A stretch of 64,000 bases of DNA, taken from Synergistaceae bacterium. GTDB taxonomy: Bacteria > Synergistota > Synergistia > Synergistales > Aminobacteriaceae. Each line of letters begins with the position of its first letter. The first letter of the stretch is position 1. The stretch is from assembly GCA_022837505.1 (NCBI GenBank), contig JALHFZ010000002.1, positions 11,214 to 75,213 of the forward strand, in the 5' to 3' direction. This document shows positions 53,243-63,705 of this stretch, piece after piece. Both the position numbers and the translations under genes were made by a program. The notes below the pieces were generated by a model. It worked only from the letters and a program-made list of their open reading frames with translations. It ran no database searches and was not told the origin of the DNA.

Positions 53243-54679
53243 CTACTTCTCCGTTCCTCCCCTGATGGAGACGAAGAAGGTGCGGCCGTCCCGCCAGACG
53301 AGAAGGACGGTGGAATTTCCCCTCCCCGGGGCCATCTTTTCAAGATCCTTCGGGTCGGCCAGCCGGGAGCCGTTTACCTCGAGGAGAATGTCTCCCTCCC
53401 GAAGGCCGGCTCTCTGGGCGACGGATCCGTCCGCAACGGAGGTCACCACAAGTCCGTCGCTGCTTCTGAGCTTATTTTTCTTCTGAATCTCCGGTGTCAC
53501 CGGGGCCACCTCGAGTCCAAGGCCCCGAAGCATCTTCGCGCCGTCCGTTCCCGAGGTGATTACCCCCTCGTTGCCCGGCATCTCTCCGAGGACGACGTCA
53601 ACGGTGATTTTTTTCCTGTTGCGCACCACTCCGAGAGAGACCTTCTCTCCGGCGAGGCGGTTGCGTATCTTGGAGACGAAGTCCTGGGAATTTTTCACCT
53701 TGTCGCTGCCCACGGTGAGAATGACGTCTCCCCGCTCAAGGCCGGCTTTCGAGGCGGGAGAGTCGTCCATCACGTCGCTGACGATTGCGCCGTTCTCTCC
53801 GTCGATGCCGTAGTTGTCGGCAAACTCCTTTGTGAGGGGCTGAATGTAGACGCCGAGCCATCCTCTCTTCACGCGGCCGAATTTTATCAGGTCATCCATT
53901 ACCTGTTTTGCCATGTTGACCGGGACGGCAAATCCGATCCCCTGGGCGTAGGGGACGATGGCCGTGTTGATCCCGACGACTTTTCCGCTGATGTCAAGGA
54001 GGGGACCGCCGCTGTTTCCAGGATTGATGGCCGCATCGGTCTGGAGGAAACCGTCAAAGTTGACGTTCTCCGCATGGATGCTCCGATTCTTCGCCGAGAG
54101 CACGCCCACGGTCACCGTATGCTCAAGGCCGAAGGGGTTTCCGATGGCCACGACCCACTCGCCCACTTCTGCCCTGTCGGAATCTCCGAGCTCGAGAAAG
54201 GGGTAGTCATTCTTGCCTTCGATCTTCAGCACGGCGAGGTCGAAGGTGGGGTCTCTTCCGAGGACCTTCGCGTCATGAACGGTGCCGTCGGAGAAGGTGG
54301 CCGTGATCTTGTCCGCTCCCTCGACCACGTGGTTGTTGGTGAGGATGTGCCCTTCCTTCGAGACGATGAACCCCGACCCTCTCCCCTTCATGGGGATAGT
54401 CCGGGAGAACCTCTTGTATTCGTCCCCGAAGAACTGGCGGAACAGGGGATCATCGGCAAAGGGGTTGACCGACCGGGTTACCATGGCCTCCACGTCGATG
54501 TTGACCACTGCAGGGGAAAGTTCCTTGGCAATTTTCGCCACAGGGTTTCCCGAGAAGGGGTCCTGGGCGAAGAGGGGGGAGACTGAGAGAAGACTTATGA
54601 GCAGGATCGCTCCCAGAAAAAGGAATGTCCTTCTGACCGGGGAAGCTGTCGGGTAATTGCTGAGTCGATTCATAAACAT
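53243..54679 (-). CDS. htrA: HtrA/DegP-family periplasmic serine protease with two PDZ domains
   Basis: Signal/TM segment, catalytic triad context (TNNHVV, D...L, GNSGGPLLD), and two PDZ-like segments. Confidence 0.93.
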   Translation of the reverse strand: MFMNRLSNYPTASPVRRTFLFLGAILLISLLSVSPLFAQDPFSGNPVAKIAKELSPAVVNIDVEAMVTRSVNPFADDPLFRQFFGDEYKRFSRTIPMKGRGSGFIVSKEGHILTNNHVVEGADKITATFSDGTVHDAKVLGRDPTFDLAVLKIEGKNDYPFLELGDSDRAEVGEWVVAIGNPFGLEHTVTVGVLSAKNRSIHAENVNFDGFLQTDAAINPGNSGGPLLDISGKVVGINTAIVPYAQGIGFAVPVNMAKQVMDDLIKFGRVKRGWLGVYIQPLTKEFADNYGIDGENGAIVSDVMDDSPASKAGLERGDVILTVGSDKVKNSQDFVSKIRNRLAGEKVSLGVVRNRKKITVDVVLGEMPGNEGVITSGTDGAKMLRGLGLEVAPVTPEIQKKNKLRSSDGLVVTSVADGSVAQRAGLREGDILLEVNGSRLADPKDLEKMAPGRGNSTVLLVWRDGRTFFVSIRGGTEK

Positions 54680-54770
54680 ACACCTCCAGAGATTGAAATT
54701 AGTTTTATTGTAAACCCCGGGAGGAATAGATCATCGTTTTTTCTACTGAATATAATTTAATTATTTCTGT

Positions 54771-55553
54771 CTATCTTTCTGATGGAATTCCGCTGCGGGA
54801 ACGGAATGAGTGGATGAGCCAGAGCGCTCCTGCAGAGCATATCCCGAAGAGCATCACCCTGACGCTTTGCAATCCTGTCCGGGTGTACTCCTCCCTGAGG
54901 GGGTCGAGGGCGAGGCGCAGAAGGGAATAGAGGATCATGAAGAGGGGCCACAGAAGGGCGCCGGAGACCTTCTTTTTCTCCCGGGCCCGGGGCAGAAGGG
55001 GTTCCAGCCGGAAGAGCACTATGGCAATGGCGAGGGCTCCGAAGGCATAATAGAGCTGAACGGGGTGGCGGGTGAGGCCGGAAGGGTCGGCGGGAAAGTG
55101 CACTGCCCATGGAAGGGACGAGGGAAGACCAGTGCAGCATCCGTTGAGGAAGCACCCCCACCGGCCGATGGATACGGCGAGGGCCGCGGGAATGCTTGCG
55201 CTTTCCGCGACGATCCACAGAGGGACACCCCGGCGGCGGGAGGCCCATATCCCCCCGGCTCCGGCTCCGAGAAAGGCCGGGACGGCCGAAAGCCCCCCCT
55301 CCCAGAACCGCAGTAGTTTCAGGGGATCCCCTGTGTAGAGGGGAAGAGAATCGGCGATGCTTCCGAGGCGTGCCCCCAGGAGCATTCCGAAAAACGCCGC
55401 AGTGATGATGAACCGGGCCGAATCGTCATCGACCCCTTCAAACCTGTTCATCCTCCTCCGCGTCATGACGACCGCGAGGGATAAAGCAGCGGTCCACAGC
55501 AGATAATAACTGTGGACCGGCCACGGACCGATATGGAAGAGGATAGGGAACAT
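54771..55553 (-). CDS. lgt: Prolipoprotein diacylglyceryl transferase
   Basis: MFPILFHIGPWPVHSYYLLW..., IGRWGCFLNGCC, and HPVQLY motifs. Confidence 0.9.
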   Translation of the reverse strand: MFPILFHIGPWPVHSYYLLWTAALSLAVVMTRRRMNRFEGVDDDSARFIITAAFFGMLLGARLGSIADSLPLYTGDPLKLLRFWEGGLSAVPAFLGAGAGGIWASRRRGVPLWIVAESASIPAALAVSIGRWGCFLNGCCTGLPSSLPWAVHFPADPSGLTRHPVQLYYAFGALAIAIVLFRLEPLLPRAREKKKVSGALLWPLFMILYSLLRLALDPLREEYTRTGLQSVRVMLFGICSAGALWLIHSFRSRSGIPSER

Positions 55554-55562
55554 GGGCGGGGG

Positions 55563-56201
55563 TTATCTCCTCCGGGAAGAAGGGCCGGACCGGAGGGGCC
55601 AGACGACCACCTTCCGGGAGGGGGTTTCCCCCACCGATCGGGTTTCCACCTCGCTGTTTTCCTTCAGGGTCATATGGACGATGCGCCGCTCCCAGCTGGT
55701 CATGGGTTCAAGATAGGTCGGTTTTCCCTTCCGTACGGCCTTGCGGGCCGCAGCGAGGGCAAGGCGCTGGAGGCTCAGTTCCCTCCGCTGCCGGTAGCCG
55801 TCGCTGTCGAGGTAGATTTTCTCCCCCTCGTCCACATCCCGGGCGATGAGATTCACAATGAACTCCATGGACTTGAGGGTCTCTCCGTATTTGCCTATGA
55901 TGATCCCGGCGTCCTGGCCGGAGAGGTTGAGCCTGCCTTCTTCGGTGATCTCCGGAGTGACCGACAGGTCCATCAGGAGAAGCAGTTTTTCGAGAATATT
56001 CCGCCCCCGGAGGAGGACGAGGGGGGCCACAGGGCGGACTTCAACCCTGAGTTTTCTGCCGAGAAGGCCGAAGAAGCTCTTCTCCTCTTCGATCACCTTC
56101 ACGTCCACATCCCTGGGATCAAGCCCCCATTGGACCGCCGCGGTCTTTCGCGCTTCTTCCACCGCGGGTACGTCAAGCACAAGAACTTCGTTGTCGTTCA
56201 A
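55563..56201 (-). CDS. khpB: Jag/KhpB RNA-binding protein (Jag_N, KH, R3H)
   Basis: C-terminal R3H context ERRIVHMTL...ETRSVGE. It lies downstream of yidC. Confidence 0.88.
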   Translation of the reverse strand: MNDNEVLVLDVPAVEEARKTAAVQWGLDPRDVDVKVIEEEKSFFGLLGRKLRVEVRPVAPLVLLRGRNILEKLLLLMDLSVTPEITEEGRLNLSGQDAGIIIGKYGETLKSMEFIVNLIARDVDEGEKIYLDSDGYRQRRELSLQRLALAAARKAVRKGKPTYLEPMTSWERRIVHMTLKENSEVETRSVGETPSRKVVVWPLRSGPSSRRR

Positions 56202-56239
56202 GGGAATCCTCCTTTCAAAAGAGAGGAAACTCGAGATGC

Positions 56240-57028
56240 CTAATCGCCGCTTTTCGTCGGTTTATCCTTGAATAAAACAGGCTTCTGCTGCATCTCCACG
56301 GCAGTCTTACGCGCCATGAGCAGCTGCTGAACCACGCCGAGAAGGGATGAGACTCCCCAGTAGAGCAGCACGCCTCCGGGAAGGCTGAGGCAGATGAAGG
56401 TGAGGAAGAGGGGCATGAACCAGTTCATCATGCTCATCTGAGGGTTTCCGCTGGAGGTGAGCTTCTGCTGATACCAGGTGAGGAAGCCGATGATGACGAG
56501 GAGCAGCGTGTTCGGCAGATAAACGCCCACGTTGAGAAGCCCCGCCGGGTTGTTCATTATACCGTTGAGGACGGTCATGATGCCTATCTGCCCCTGTTCA
56601 ACCGTCAGTCCGAGGGCTGCGGCGACAGTGGTGAGGACGGAGCCGTCAAGCTGTATCCCCAGGAAGGTGACCCCTGAGAAATCGTAATTTGTCAGAACCC
56701 TGTAGAGAAGGATGAAGATGGGAAGCTGTACCAGAAGGGGAAGACATCCCGCCGCGGGGTTGACCTTGTTCTCCTTGTAGAGGGCCATCATCTCCCGGTT
56801 GAGGGATTCCTTGTCGTCCTTGTACTTTTCCTGAAGCATCTTTATTCTCGGCTGGAGCTTCTGCATTTTCTGCATGCTTGACATCTGTTTTTTTGTCAGG
56901 GGGTGGAGCAGCAGCCGAACGATAAGGGTAAGAACAATAATGGCGAAACCCCAGGAACCCGTGAAGCCATGAACCATCTCCATGAGCTTCATCATCAGAT
57001 CTCCGCCCATTTTCCATAAAGCGCCCAC
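56240..57028 (-). CDS. yidC: YidC/Oxa1-family membrane protein insertase (short form)
   Basis: ...GFAIIVLTLIVRLLLHPLTKKQ...MQKLQP...YKENKVNPAAGCLPLLVQLPIF... Confidence 0.93.
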   Translation of the reverse strand: MGALWKMGGDLMMKLMEMVHGFTGSWGFAIIVLTLIVRLLLHPLTKKQMSSMQKMQKLQPRIKMLQEKYKDDKESLNREMMALYKENKVNPAAGCLPLLVQLPIFILLYRVLTNYDFSGVTFLGIQLDGSVLTTVAAALGLTVEQGQIGIMTVLNGIMNNPAGLLNVGVYLPNTLLLVIIGFLTWYQQKLTSSGNPQMSMMNWFMPLFLTFICLSLPGGVLLYWGVSSLLGVVQQLLMARKTAVEMQQKPVLFKDKPTKSGD

Positions 57029-57288
57029 TATAGATCACCATCCTTGAACGTGTAGCTCCGGGATGCGGGGAGAGGAACGGGATCGTACCCTCCGTCGCTC
57101 CAGGGAGCGCATCTGCATATTCTTTTGACCGCGAGTAGACTTCCCCGAAAAAACCCGTGGAGGCTGAGGGCCTCGAGGGCGTATTGAGAACAGGTAGGAT
57201 AAAACCGGCAATTGTCCCCCAGCCAGGGGGAAACTACGATCTGATACCCCCGGATCAGCTTGGTGCACAGCAGTGCCGCTGCAGTCAT
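57028..57288 (-). CDS. yidD: Membrane protein insertion efficiency factor YidD
   Basis: [33 protein letters not shown]...[15 protein letters not shown]. Confidence 0.93.
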   Translation of the reverse strand: MTAAALLCTKLIRGYQIVVSPWLGDNCRFYPTCSQYALEALSLHGFFRGSLLAVKRICRCAPWSDGGYDPVPLPASRSYTFKDGDL

Positions 57289-57686
57289 ACCGCACCCGCT
57301 CCTTCCTGCGGCATCTTCCAGTTGGCTCCGGGCCAGTCGGGGAGAAGGAAGTTGTTTCGGAAAAGAAGGCGGGCAAGATCATAATAGATATCCCGTGCGT
57401 TGGCAGTCATCCCCTGATCCCGCAGGGAGGCGACAAACCAGAAACCGTCCTTCATCCACGGCCGGAGACGGCGAAACCCCTCTTTGAGAATTCGCCTTCC
57501 CCGGTTTCGTTCATGGGATGCCCCCTGCTTCTTTCCCACGGCAAGACCGATCCGGACGGGAGAGTCGGGAACCTCCAGAAAGAGCAACCGCACCAGATCG
57601 CCTCTCAGTCGATTGCCGGTGCGGAAGGCAAGATCAAACTCCCACCCCCGTTGAAGGCGCGAAGAGCGGGGATATGGAAAGCGCAA
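57285..57686 (-). CDS. rnpA: Ribonuclease P protein component
   Basis: Basic 133-aa protein with ...[28 protein letters not shown]... (RNR motif). It lies between rpmH and yidD. Confidence 0.9.
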   Translation of the reverse strand: MRFPYPRSSRLQRGWEFDLAFRTGNRLRGDLVRLLFLEVPDSPVRIGLAVGKKQGASHERNRGRRILKEGFRRLRPWMKDGFWFVASLRDQGMTANARDIYYDLARLLFRNNFLLPDWPGANWKMPQEGAGAV

Positions 57687-57689
57687 GAA

Positions 57690-57824
57690 CTATACGGCCA
57701 ACCGTGCGCGGCCTCTCCTCCGGCGATTGCGAAGAATGCGTCGGCCCGAAGGAGAACTTGACCGGGCAAGAAAGCCCATCTTTCTTTTTCTCGGTCGATT
57801 ATGGGGCTGGAACGTCTGTTTCAC
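57690..57824 (-). CDS. rpmH: 50S ribosomal protein L34
   Basis: Below the track size cut-off. A GTG start behind GGGAGGTG gives (M)KQTFQPHNRPRKRKMGFLARSSSPSGRRILRNRRRRGRARLAV, 44 aa. Confidence 0.93.
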   Translation of the reverse strand: MKQTFQPHNRPRKRKMGFLARSSSPSGRRILRNRRRRGRARLAV

Positions 57825-57857
57825 GAGGACACCTCCCAATGGCAATAAAAGACATAC

Positions 57858-57877
57858 GCCCGATACGGGCTTTTTTT
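57858..57877. terminator. Hairpin with T-tract between the helicase gene and rpmH
   Basis: GCCCG-ATA-CGGGC followed by TTTTTTT on the plus strand. On the minus strand the same stem is followed by GTATGTCTTTT. The strand of action is unclear. Confidence 0.45.
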
Positions 57878-57954
57878 CAGCCTTGATACTATATCATACC
57901 GTCCCCCATGGAGCAACAGATTTCCGCCGATGGGAATCATCAGGTCCGGCGGGG

Positions 57955-59904
57955 TCAGCAGTGGCCATTCCGGGAAAGAAGGAGGCGGCGGTATTTCACC
58001 TTCGGCAGGGCCGAGGGGATATTCCATGCCCTCCGCTCCAGCACCCGTCCGTCGAGGATGGCGACGATCCCCCTGTCCTTTGTGCTTCTGATCAGCCTTC
58101 CTGCGGCCTGCTTCAGAAGCATCTTCGCCTCGGGAAGGATCGTCCGGCGAAAGGCCTCTCCCCCTTCAAGGGCTGATCGGGCCTGGACTATGGGATCATC
58201 GGGGTGGGCGAAGGGAATTCTGTCGATGATCACCTGGGTGAGTCCGTCCCCGGGGACGTCCACCCCCTCCCGGAAGGAGGCGCTCCCCACGAGGACCGAG
58301 GTCCTGTCCCCTCTGAAGAGCCTCAGGAGCTCCGTACGGGGGAGCTCCCCCTGCACCAGGACATTGTAGCTCCGGGGTTTTTTTCTGAGGGCCTCGGCAG
58401 CGCGGGTCATTAGACGCTTTGAACTCAGGAGGACGAGGGAGCTGCCCCCGTTCTTCTCCACAAGCTTTTCGATGACCCGGCACAGGGTCTCATCGTACCC
58501 CGGGTCCCGGACTTCCAGTCCCGTATCCACTACAAGGATCTCCATCTGCTCCTCAAGGTTGAAGGGGGACGTCCCCTGGAAGAAACGGGAAGGGGTGAGG
58601 CCGGTCTCACGGAGCCAGTAGTCCCATTTCCCCCCCAGGGTCAGGGTGGCGGAGATGTAAAAGGTCTTCTCCGGAGCCCCCAGCTCGAAGGACCGGGCTA
58701 TTTCGGCGCTCGGAGCCGCCGGGGCGCTCGAGAGGGACCGGCCGTCCTTCCAGTACGCCCGGGACGGAAAGGAGGAAACCCCAGCACATTCGATCAATGC
58801 CGACCGTACCCGGCGAAGGTCCTCCAGCCATATGGAGAGGGCGGATTTCCCCTCCTCTTCCCCCTGATTTTCCTCGAGAGGGGCGAAGAAATGGAGAAGA
58901 TCGGCGATTTTGGAGGAAAGAAGGGACTGCTGATGCCAAATCTCCTCGTTTCGAACGGACATGGAGCCTTTTCTGGCGGGGATCTTCACCTCGAGGAGGT
59001 CAAAAAAACGGGCCGCCTCATCCCGTATCTGCCGGGCGAGGGCGGAGGAATCCTTCGAAGAGTCTGCCGAAAGGGGCAGGTCGGATGCTCCCTCGGAGAG
59101 CACCCTGCTTCGGAGGAGCCGGACTATCTCGTCCCATGACACGGAGATCGTCAGGGCGGAGCGGGCGGCCTCGGCAAGGCGGTGCGCCTCGTCGCAGATG
59201 AGGATATCAAAGGGGACGGGGAAGGCTTTTCCGGCCCCGAGGACCCAGGAGAAATACAGATGGTAGTTCGCCACCACCACCGACCAGTTCTGGGCCTCCC
59301 GGATCATCTTCGTGACGAAGCAGCGGTCCCTCAGGGGGCAGGCCGCCCCGAGACAGGAATTCCAGGACGACGCGATGCGCCCTATGGCGGGGGAGCCCGG
59401 AGGGAGGGAGAGCTCGGAGAGATCCCCCGTGGCGGTGAGGGTGATCCATTCCGCTATCCTTGCCGAGGCGTCTCCTCCGTCGCCGAAGGACAGATATCCC
59501 CCCCGGTTTTCACCGGTATCGGCTGCCTCCTCGGCCCGGAGAAGACAGGCGTAGTTCCCCCTCCCCTTGAGAAGGCCGAAGGGAAGCTTCAGGCCGAGAA
59601 GGCTGTTCAGGGCAGGGAGGTCTTTTTCGATCAGCTGCTCCTGCAGGGGAATTCCTGCGGTGAGGACGAGGATGGTCTTCCCTCCGGCCGCTGCCAGGAG
59701 CATGGCCGGAGCCAGGAGGGCGAAGGTCTTTCCCACGCCGGGAGGGGCCTCCGCCGCAAGGGAGAGGCCGTCCTCTTCGTCGGAAAGGATCTTTCGCACC
59801 TCTTCTGCAAGGGCTGTCTGGGAGGAGCGGTGTTCGAAGCCGGGGAAGGAGCGGGCAAATACCCCCCCGGGGCCGAATATTTCCTCCATGGGGGGAATTT
59901 CCAT
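57955..59904 (-). CDS. dinG: DinG/Rad3-family ATP-dependent DNA helicase
   Basis: Walker A APPGVGKT, DEAH box (ILICDEAHRL), and C-terminal helicase motifs (...GSASFREGVD..., LKQAAGRLIR). Confidence 0.85.
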   Translation of the reverse strand: MEIPPMEEIFGPGGVFARSFPGFEHRSSQTALAEEVRKILSDEEDGLSLAAEAPPGVGKTFALLAPAMLLAAAGGKTILVLTAGIPLQEQLIEKDLPALNSLLGLKLPFGLLKGRGNYACLLRAEEAADTGENRGGYLSFGDGGDASARIAEWITLTATGDLSELSLPPGSPAIGRIASSWNSCLGAACPLRDRCFVTKMIREAQNWSVVVANYHLYFSWVLGAGKAFPVPFDILICDEAHRLAEAARSALTISVSWDEIVRLLRSRVLSEGASDLPLSADSSKDSSALARQIRDEAARFFDLLEVKIPARKGSMSVRNEEIWHQQSLLSSKIADLLHFFAPLEENQGEEEGKSALSIWLEDLRRVRSALIECAGVSSFPSRAYWKDGRSLSSAPAAPSAEIARSFELGAPEKTFYISATLTLGGKWDYWLRETGLTPSRFFQGTSPFNLEEQMEILVVDTGLEVRDPGYDETLCRVIEKLVEKNGGSSLVLLSSKRLMTRAAEALRKKPRSYNVLVQGELPRTELLRLFRGDRTSVLVGSASFREGVDVPGDGLTQVIIDRIPFAHPDDPIVQARSALEGGEAFRRTILPEAKMLLKQAAGRLIRSTKDRGIVAILDGRVLERRAWNIPSALPKVKYRRLLLSRNGHC

Positions 59905-59955
59905 AAGTCTTCTCTCCCTCGGGGATAAACATTTGTACAGGCTGATTTTTTTCCC

Positions 59956-59985
59956 TTGCTAATATAACAGAAATCATGCTAGAAT
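59956..59985 (+). promoter_or_regulatory. Sigma-70-like promoter for rpsT
   Basis: TTGCTA (59956-59961), 18-nt spacer, TAGAAT (59980-59985). Confidence 0.55.
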
Positions 59986-60016
59986 GTCGTGGTTCTCTCG
60001 GGAGGAGGTGAGGTTC

Positions 60017-60219
60017 ATGCCTAACAAGAAGTCTGCGTGAAAAAGGTCCTTGAGGCTGTTGAGACCAAAGATACAGCCCTGGCTGACAAGCGTCTCGCGG
60101 TGGCCCAGAGCGTTATCGACAAGGCCGTCGTGAAGGGTGTCATGCACGGTAATACCGGTTCCAGAAGAAAGTCCATGCTCACAAACAGGGTAAAAACCCT
60201 CCACGGCGAAAACGCCTGA
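60017..60219 (+). pseudogene. rpsT: 30S ribosomal protein S20, apparently interrupted (7-codon N-terminal remnant plus 60-codon C-terminal ORF in another frame)
   Basis: The ATG at 60017 behind GGAGGAGGTGAGG encodes MPNKKSA then TGA (60038-60040). GTG at 60037 opens (M)KKVLEAVETKD...VIDKAVVKGVMHGNTGSRRKSMLTNRV..., which matches the S20 middle and C-terminus. About 25 conserved residues between the two parts are missing. Confidence 0.75.
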
Positions 60220-60249
60220 GAGTTTTTTTATAATGCAGATATGCCTTTT

Positions 60250-61215
60250 CTAGCTGAGCGGACTTCCGTCCTCTCGGCTTTTCTGTTTTTTCCCTCCCGA
60301 TGCCATACATTGAAGGAGAAGGGTTTCAAACCCCCACCACCCCTCGGCGCCGCCGGTCTTTTCCGTCCATGAGAGGGCCAGAAGGCCGAGGGCGAGGGCC
60401 TCTATGGCCCCGGCTGAGTAATGGTCCGATGCCTCCCGGGACATCCTGAGGGCGTAGTCCCGCACCTCGAAGGTCTTCTGCACCCAGCCTCCCCTCTTCG
60501 CTCCGAATATCGAGAGATAGAGGGCGGGGCGCAGACGGTTATAGAGGGCTGTGAGGAGGGGGAGGACGGAGGGTTCTTTCCGGAGGTGTTCGAGGGCGGA
60601 GAAAACCTCCTGTGGGCGGCCCGTACAGAAGGCATCGAGAAAGCGGAGGACGCTGTTCCGTCCCTCGTCGAAGGAGAGAGCCCTGACCATCTCTCCGTCC
60701 ACGGGACGGCCGTGGGCATACATCCCCAGCTTCTCCACTTCCCCCCGAAGTTCCTCCGGGTCTTCAACCATATCCACAAGAAGGGATGCCCCTTCCTCGT
60801 CGAGAAGGATATTCTTCGACGAGGCGAAGGAACGGAGCCATTTTTTCCGGGCGTCCGCCCAGAAGGGTATTTTCTCCCCCTTGCGGAGGAGGATCTTTTT
60901 TCTGGCCTCGGGGGAAAGGAGTTTGCCCGGATCCCCGGCGTAGACCAGGAGGATGACCTCCGAGGCCTCCTCCCCCTCCAGGAGGGGGAGGAGGTCCTTC
61001 GGAAAGGGGCCCAGGTCCTCGGCCCCTTCGACCACGGTCACTCCGAGGGGATCGAAAAGTCCCCCCGTGTTTCCTTCGGCGAGGAGGGTGCCCCATTCCC
61101 CCCCCTCGACGGACCGGCGGTGGGGGTACCCCCGGGATGCGAGGGCCGCAAGGGTTTCATCGAGAAGCCGCCGCCCCGATCCTCCCGGAGCGGCGATGGC
61201 CTCAAGACGGGGCAT
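60250..61215 (-). CDS. holA: DNA polymerase III delta subunit
   Basis: 321 aa in the conserved position between leuS and the divergent rpsT. It has a delta-like N-domain and the C-terminal helical domain. The call rests mostly on synteny and size. Confidence 0.7.
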   Translation of the reverse strand: MPRLEAIAAPGGSGRRLLDETLAALASRGYPHRRSVEGGEWGTLLAEGNTGGLFDPLGVTVVEGAEDLGPFPKDLLPLLEGEEASEVILLVYAGDPGKLLSPEARKKILLRKGEKIPFWADARKKWLRSFASSKNILLDEEGASLLVDMVEDPEELRGEVEKLGMYAHGRPVDGEMVRALSFDEGRNSVLRFLDAFCTGRPQEVFSALEHLRKEPSVLPLLTALYNRLRPALYLSIFGAKRGGWVQKTFEVRDYALRMSREASDHYSAGAIEALALGLLALSWTEKTGGAEGWWGFETLLLQCMASGGKKQKSREDGSPLS

Positions 61216-63705
61216 TTATCCCTTCACCACCACGTTGACGAGGCGATCGGGGACGGAGATGACCCGAAGGATCTCCACTCCCTCAAGACGCCGGGCAACC
61301 TGGGGGAGGGCGAGGACTTCCCTTTCGAGCTCCTCCTTTGACAGCCCCGCAGAGAGAAGGGCCTTCTCCCGCACCTTTCCGTTGATCTGCACCGCTATGG
61401 TGACGGAATCCTTCTCAAGGGCCGCAGGATCGGCCTTCGGCCAGGGCAGCTTCGCGAGGGGGGTCTCATGTCCGGTCAGGGCCCAGAGCTCCTCGGTCAT
61501 ATGGGGGCAAAAGGGGTTGAGACAGGCAAGAAGGACGTCGACCCCCTCACGGAAAAGCCTCTTCTCCCTTTCATCCTCCGGGCGGAAGGAGGAGAGGGTG
61601 TTGAGGAGCTCCATCATCCTGGCCACGGCCGTGTTGAACTGCTGTTCCTCTTCGATATCCCTCGTCACGTCCGCAATGGTGGAGTGAATCCTGCGCTTTA
61701 CCTCCCGAAGGGCGGGTTTTTCCAGTGCATCCATGGAGAGGGGGGGTTCGTCCCCTCTCTCTTTTTTGAGCAGTTCAAGGTTTTCAGCCGCAAGGCGCCA
61801 TACCCTCCGCAGGAAGCGGTTTGCTCCGTCCACTCCCCTCTCAGTCCAGTCGAGGTCGTTTCCCGGAGGAGCGGCGAAGAGGATGAAGAGGCGGGCGGTA
61901 TCGGCCCCGTATTTATGGATGATCTCGTCGGGGTCGACCACGTTGCCGAGGGATTTGGACATCTTTGCGCCGTCCTTGATGACCATCCCCTGGGTGAGCA
62001 GCCGGGTGAAGGGCTCCCGGGCATTGCAGAGGCCGAGGTCGGCGAAGAACTTCGTGAAGAACCGCGCGTAGATGAGATGAAGGCAGGCGTGCTCAATCCC
62101 GCCGATGTACTGGTCTACGGGCATCCAGTAGTTTGCGTCCCTTTCCGTGAAGGCTGCGTTATCCTCCCGGGGGGAACAGTACCGGAAAAAGTACCAGGAC
62201 GAGCAGATGAAGGTATCCATGGTGTCCGCTTCCCTCCTGCCGGGGCCGCCGCAGGAAGGGCAGGGGACGGAAAGCCATTCCTCGTCCTCGCCGAGGGGAG
62301 ACTTTCCGCTTTCGGTGATCTTGACCTTCTCGGGAAGTAGGACGGGCAGGTCCTCCTCGGGAACGGGGACAAGACCGCATTTCCCGCAATAGATCACCGG
62401 GATGGGGGCTCCCCAGTAGCGCTGGCGGGAGATAAGCCAGTCCCGGATGCGGAAATTCACCTCCGGTATGCAGTACCCCTTCTCAACTCCCCAGTCGATC
62501 ATCCCGGGGATCGCCCGGGCGGTGGGAAGGCCGTCGAAGGGAGAGGAATTGCATACGATCCCTTCCCCCTCGAAGGAGGTCTCCATGGTCTCCCCCTCCA
62601 GGGTCTGCCCCTCCGGCGTGATGACCACCTTTACGGGAAGGCCGTACTTCCGGGCGAACTCAAAGTCCCTCTGGTCGTGGGCAGGAACGCCCATGATCGC
62701 GCCGGTGCCGTAGTCCATGAGGATGTAGTTGGCGATGAGGATGGGCACTTCCTCATCCGTCACGGGGTTCACGGCGGTGAAGCCGGTGAAGATCCCCTCC
62801 TTCTCCCCTCCCACGGCCGTCCGTTCGATGGAGCTCTGGGTGACGGACTTCTCCACGAACTTTCGGATCTCCTCCCCCTTCGGGGAGAGGGAGATCATCC
62901 GTTCGACGAAGGGATGCTCCGGGGCGAGGGCGAGAAAGGTCACGCCGAAAATAGTGTCAAACCGGGTGGTGAAGGTCTCAAGGAGCTCCCCCGTCGATTT
63001 CTCCCGGAAGGAGAGGCGGGCTCCCGTGGAACGGCCGATCCAGTTCCGCTGCATTATCTTCACCCGCTCGGGCCATCCGGGCAGGTTATCCAGATCGTCG
63101 AGAAGCTCCTGGGCGTAGTCGGTGATCTTGAGGAACCACTGTTCGAGGCTGCGCTTCACCACCTGGGTATCGCACCGCCAGCAGTGGCCGTCGTTGATGA
63201 CCTGCTCGTTGGCAAGGACGGTTCCGCAGCTGCTGCACCAGTTCACCGGGGCGTTTTTCCGGTAGGCAAGTCCTTTTTTGAGGAACTGAAGAAAAATCCA
63301 CTGGGTCCATTTATAGTAGTCGGGGTTGCAGGTCTCCACCCGGCGGCGCCAGTCGTAGCTGCACCCCATGTTCTTGAGCTGGTCCGTCATGTGTTCGATA
63401 TTATGCCACGTCCACTCCCCGGCGGGGGTGTTCGATTTCATGGCGGCATTCTCCGCAGGCAGGCCGAAGGCGTCGAAGCCGATGGGATGAAGGACGTTGA
63501 ATCCCCTCTTCCAGAGAAAGCGGGACATCATGTCGCCGATGGAGTAATTTCTCAGATGCCCCATATGCAGCGCTCCGCTGGGATAGGGAAACATTTCGAG
63601 GCAGTAGAATTTCTCTCTGTCCGGGTCGGTATCGGCGTTGAACGTCCCCTCCGTCTCCCAGATCCTCTGCCATTTTTTCTCGATATTCTGAAAATCGTAG
63701 TCCAT
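61216..63705 (-). CDS. leuS: Leucine--tRNA ligase
   Basis: HIGH-type motif ([11 protein letters not shown]), a CP1 editing domain, and KMSKS (KMSKSLGN). 829 aa. Confidence 0.97.
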   Translation of the reverse strand: MDYDFQNIEKKWQRIWETEGTFNADTDPDREKFYCLEMFPYPSGALHMGHLRNYSIGDMMSRFLWKRGFNVLHPIGFDAFGLPAENAAMKSNTPAGEWTWHNIEHMTDQLKNMGCSYDWRRRVETCNPDYYKWTQWIFLQFLKKGLAYRKNAPVNWCSSCGTVLANEQVINDGHCWRCDTQVVKRSLEQWFLKITDYAQELLDDLDNLPGWPERVKIMQRNWIGRSTGARLSFREKSTGELLETFTTRFDTIFGVTFLALAPEHPFVERMISLSPKGEEIRKFVEKSVTQSSIERTAVGGEKEGIFTGFTAVNPVTDEEVPILIANYILMDYGTGAIMGVPAHDQRDFEFARKYGLPVKVVITPEGQTLEGETMETSFEGEGIVCNSSPFDGLPTARAIPGMIDWGVEKGYCIPEVNFRIRDWLISRQRYWGAPIPVIYCGKCGLVPVPEEDLPVLLPEKVKITESGKSPLGEDEEWLSVPCPSCGGPGRREADTMDTFICSSWYFFRYCSPREDNAAFTERDANYWMPVDQYIGGIEHACLHLIYARFFTKFFADLGLCNAREPFTRLLTQGMVIKDGAKMSKSLGNVVDPDEIIHKYGADTARLFILFAAPPGNDLDWTERGVDGANRFLRRVWRLAAENLELLKKERGDEPPLSMDALEKPALREVKRRIHSTIADVTRDIEEEQQFNTAVARMMELLNTLSSFRPEDEREKRLFREGVDVLLACLNPFCPHMTEELWALTGHETPLAKLPWPKADPAALEKDSVTIAVQINGKVREKALLSAGLSKEELEREVLALPQVARRLEGVEILRVISVPDRLVNVVVKG

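Noticed and set aside
57825-59904. rpmH-rnpA-yidD-yidC-jag cluster as a marker of the replication origin (a dnaA/oriC region expected next to rpmH).
   Set aside because: The gene upstream of rpmH is a DinG-like helicase, not dnaA. No cluster of DnaA-box-like repeats or AT-rich unwinding element was visible in the 130-bp spacer.
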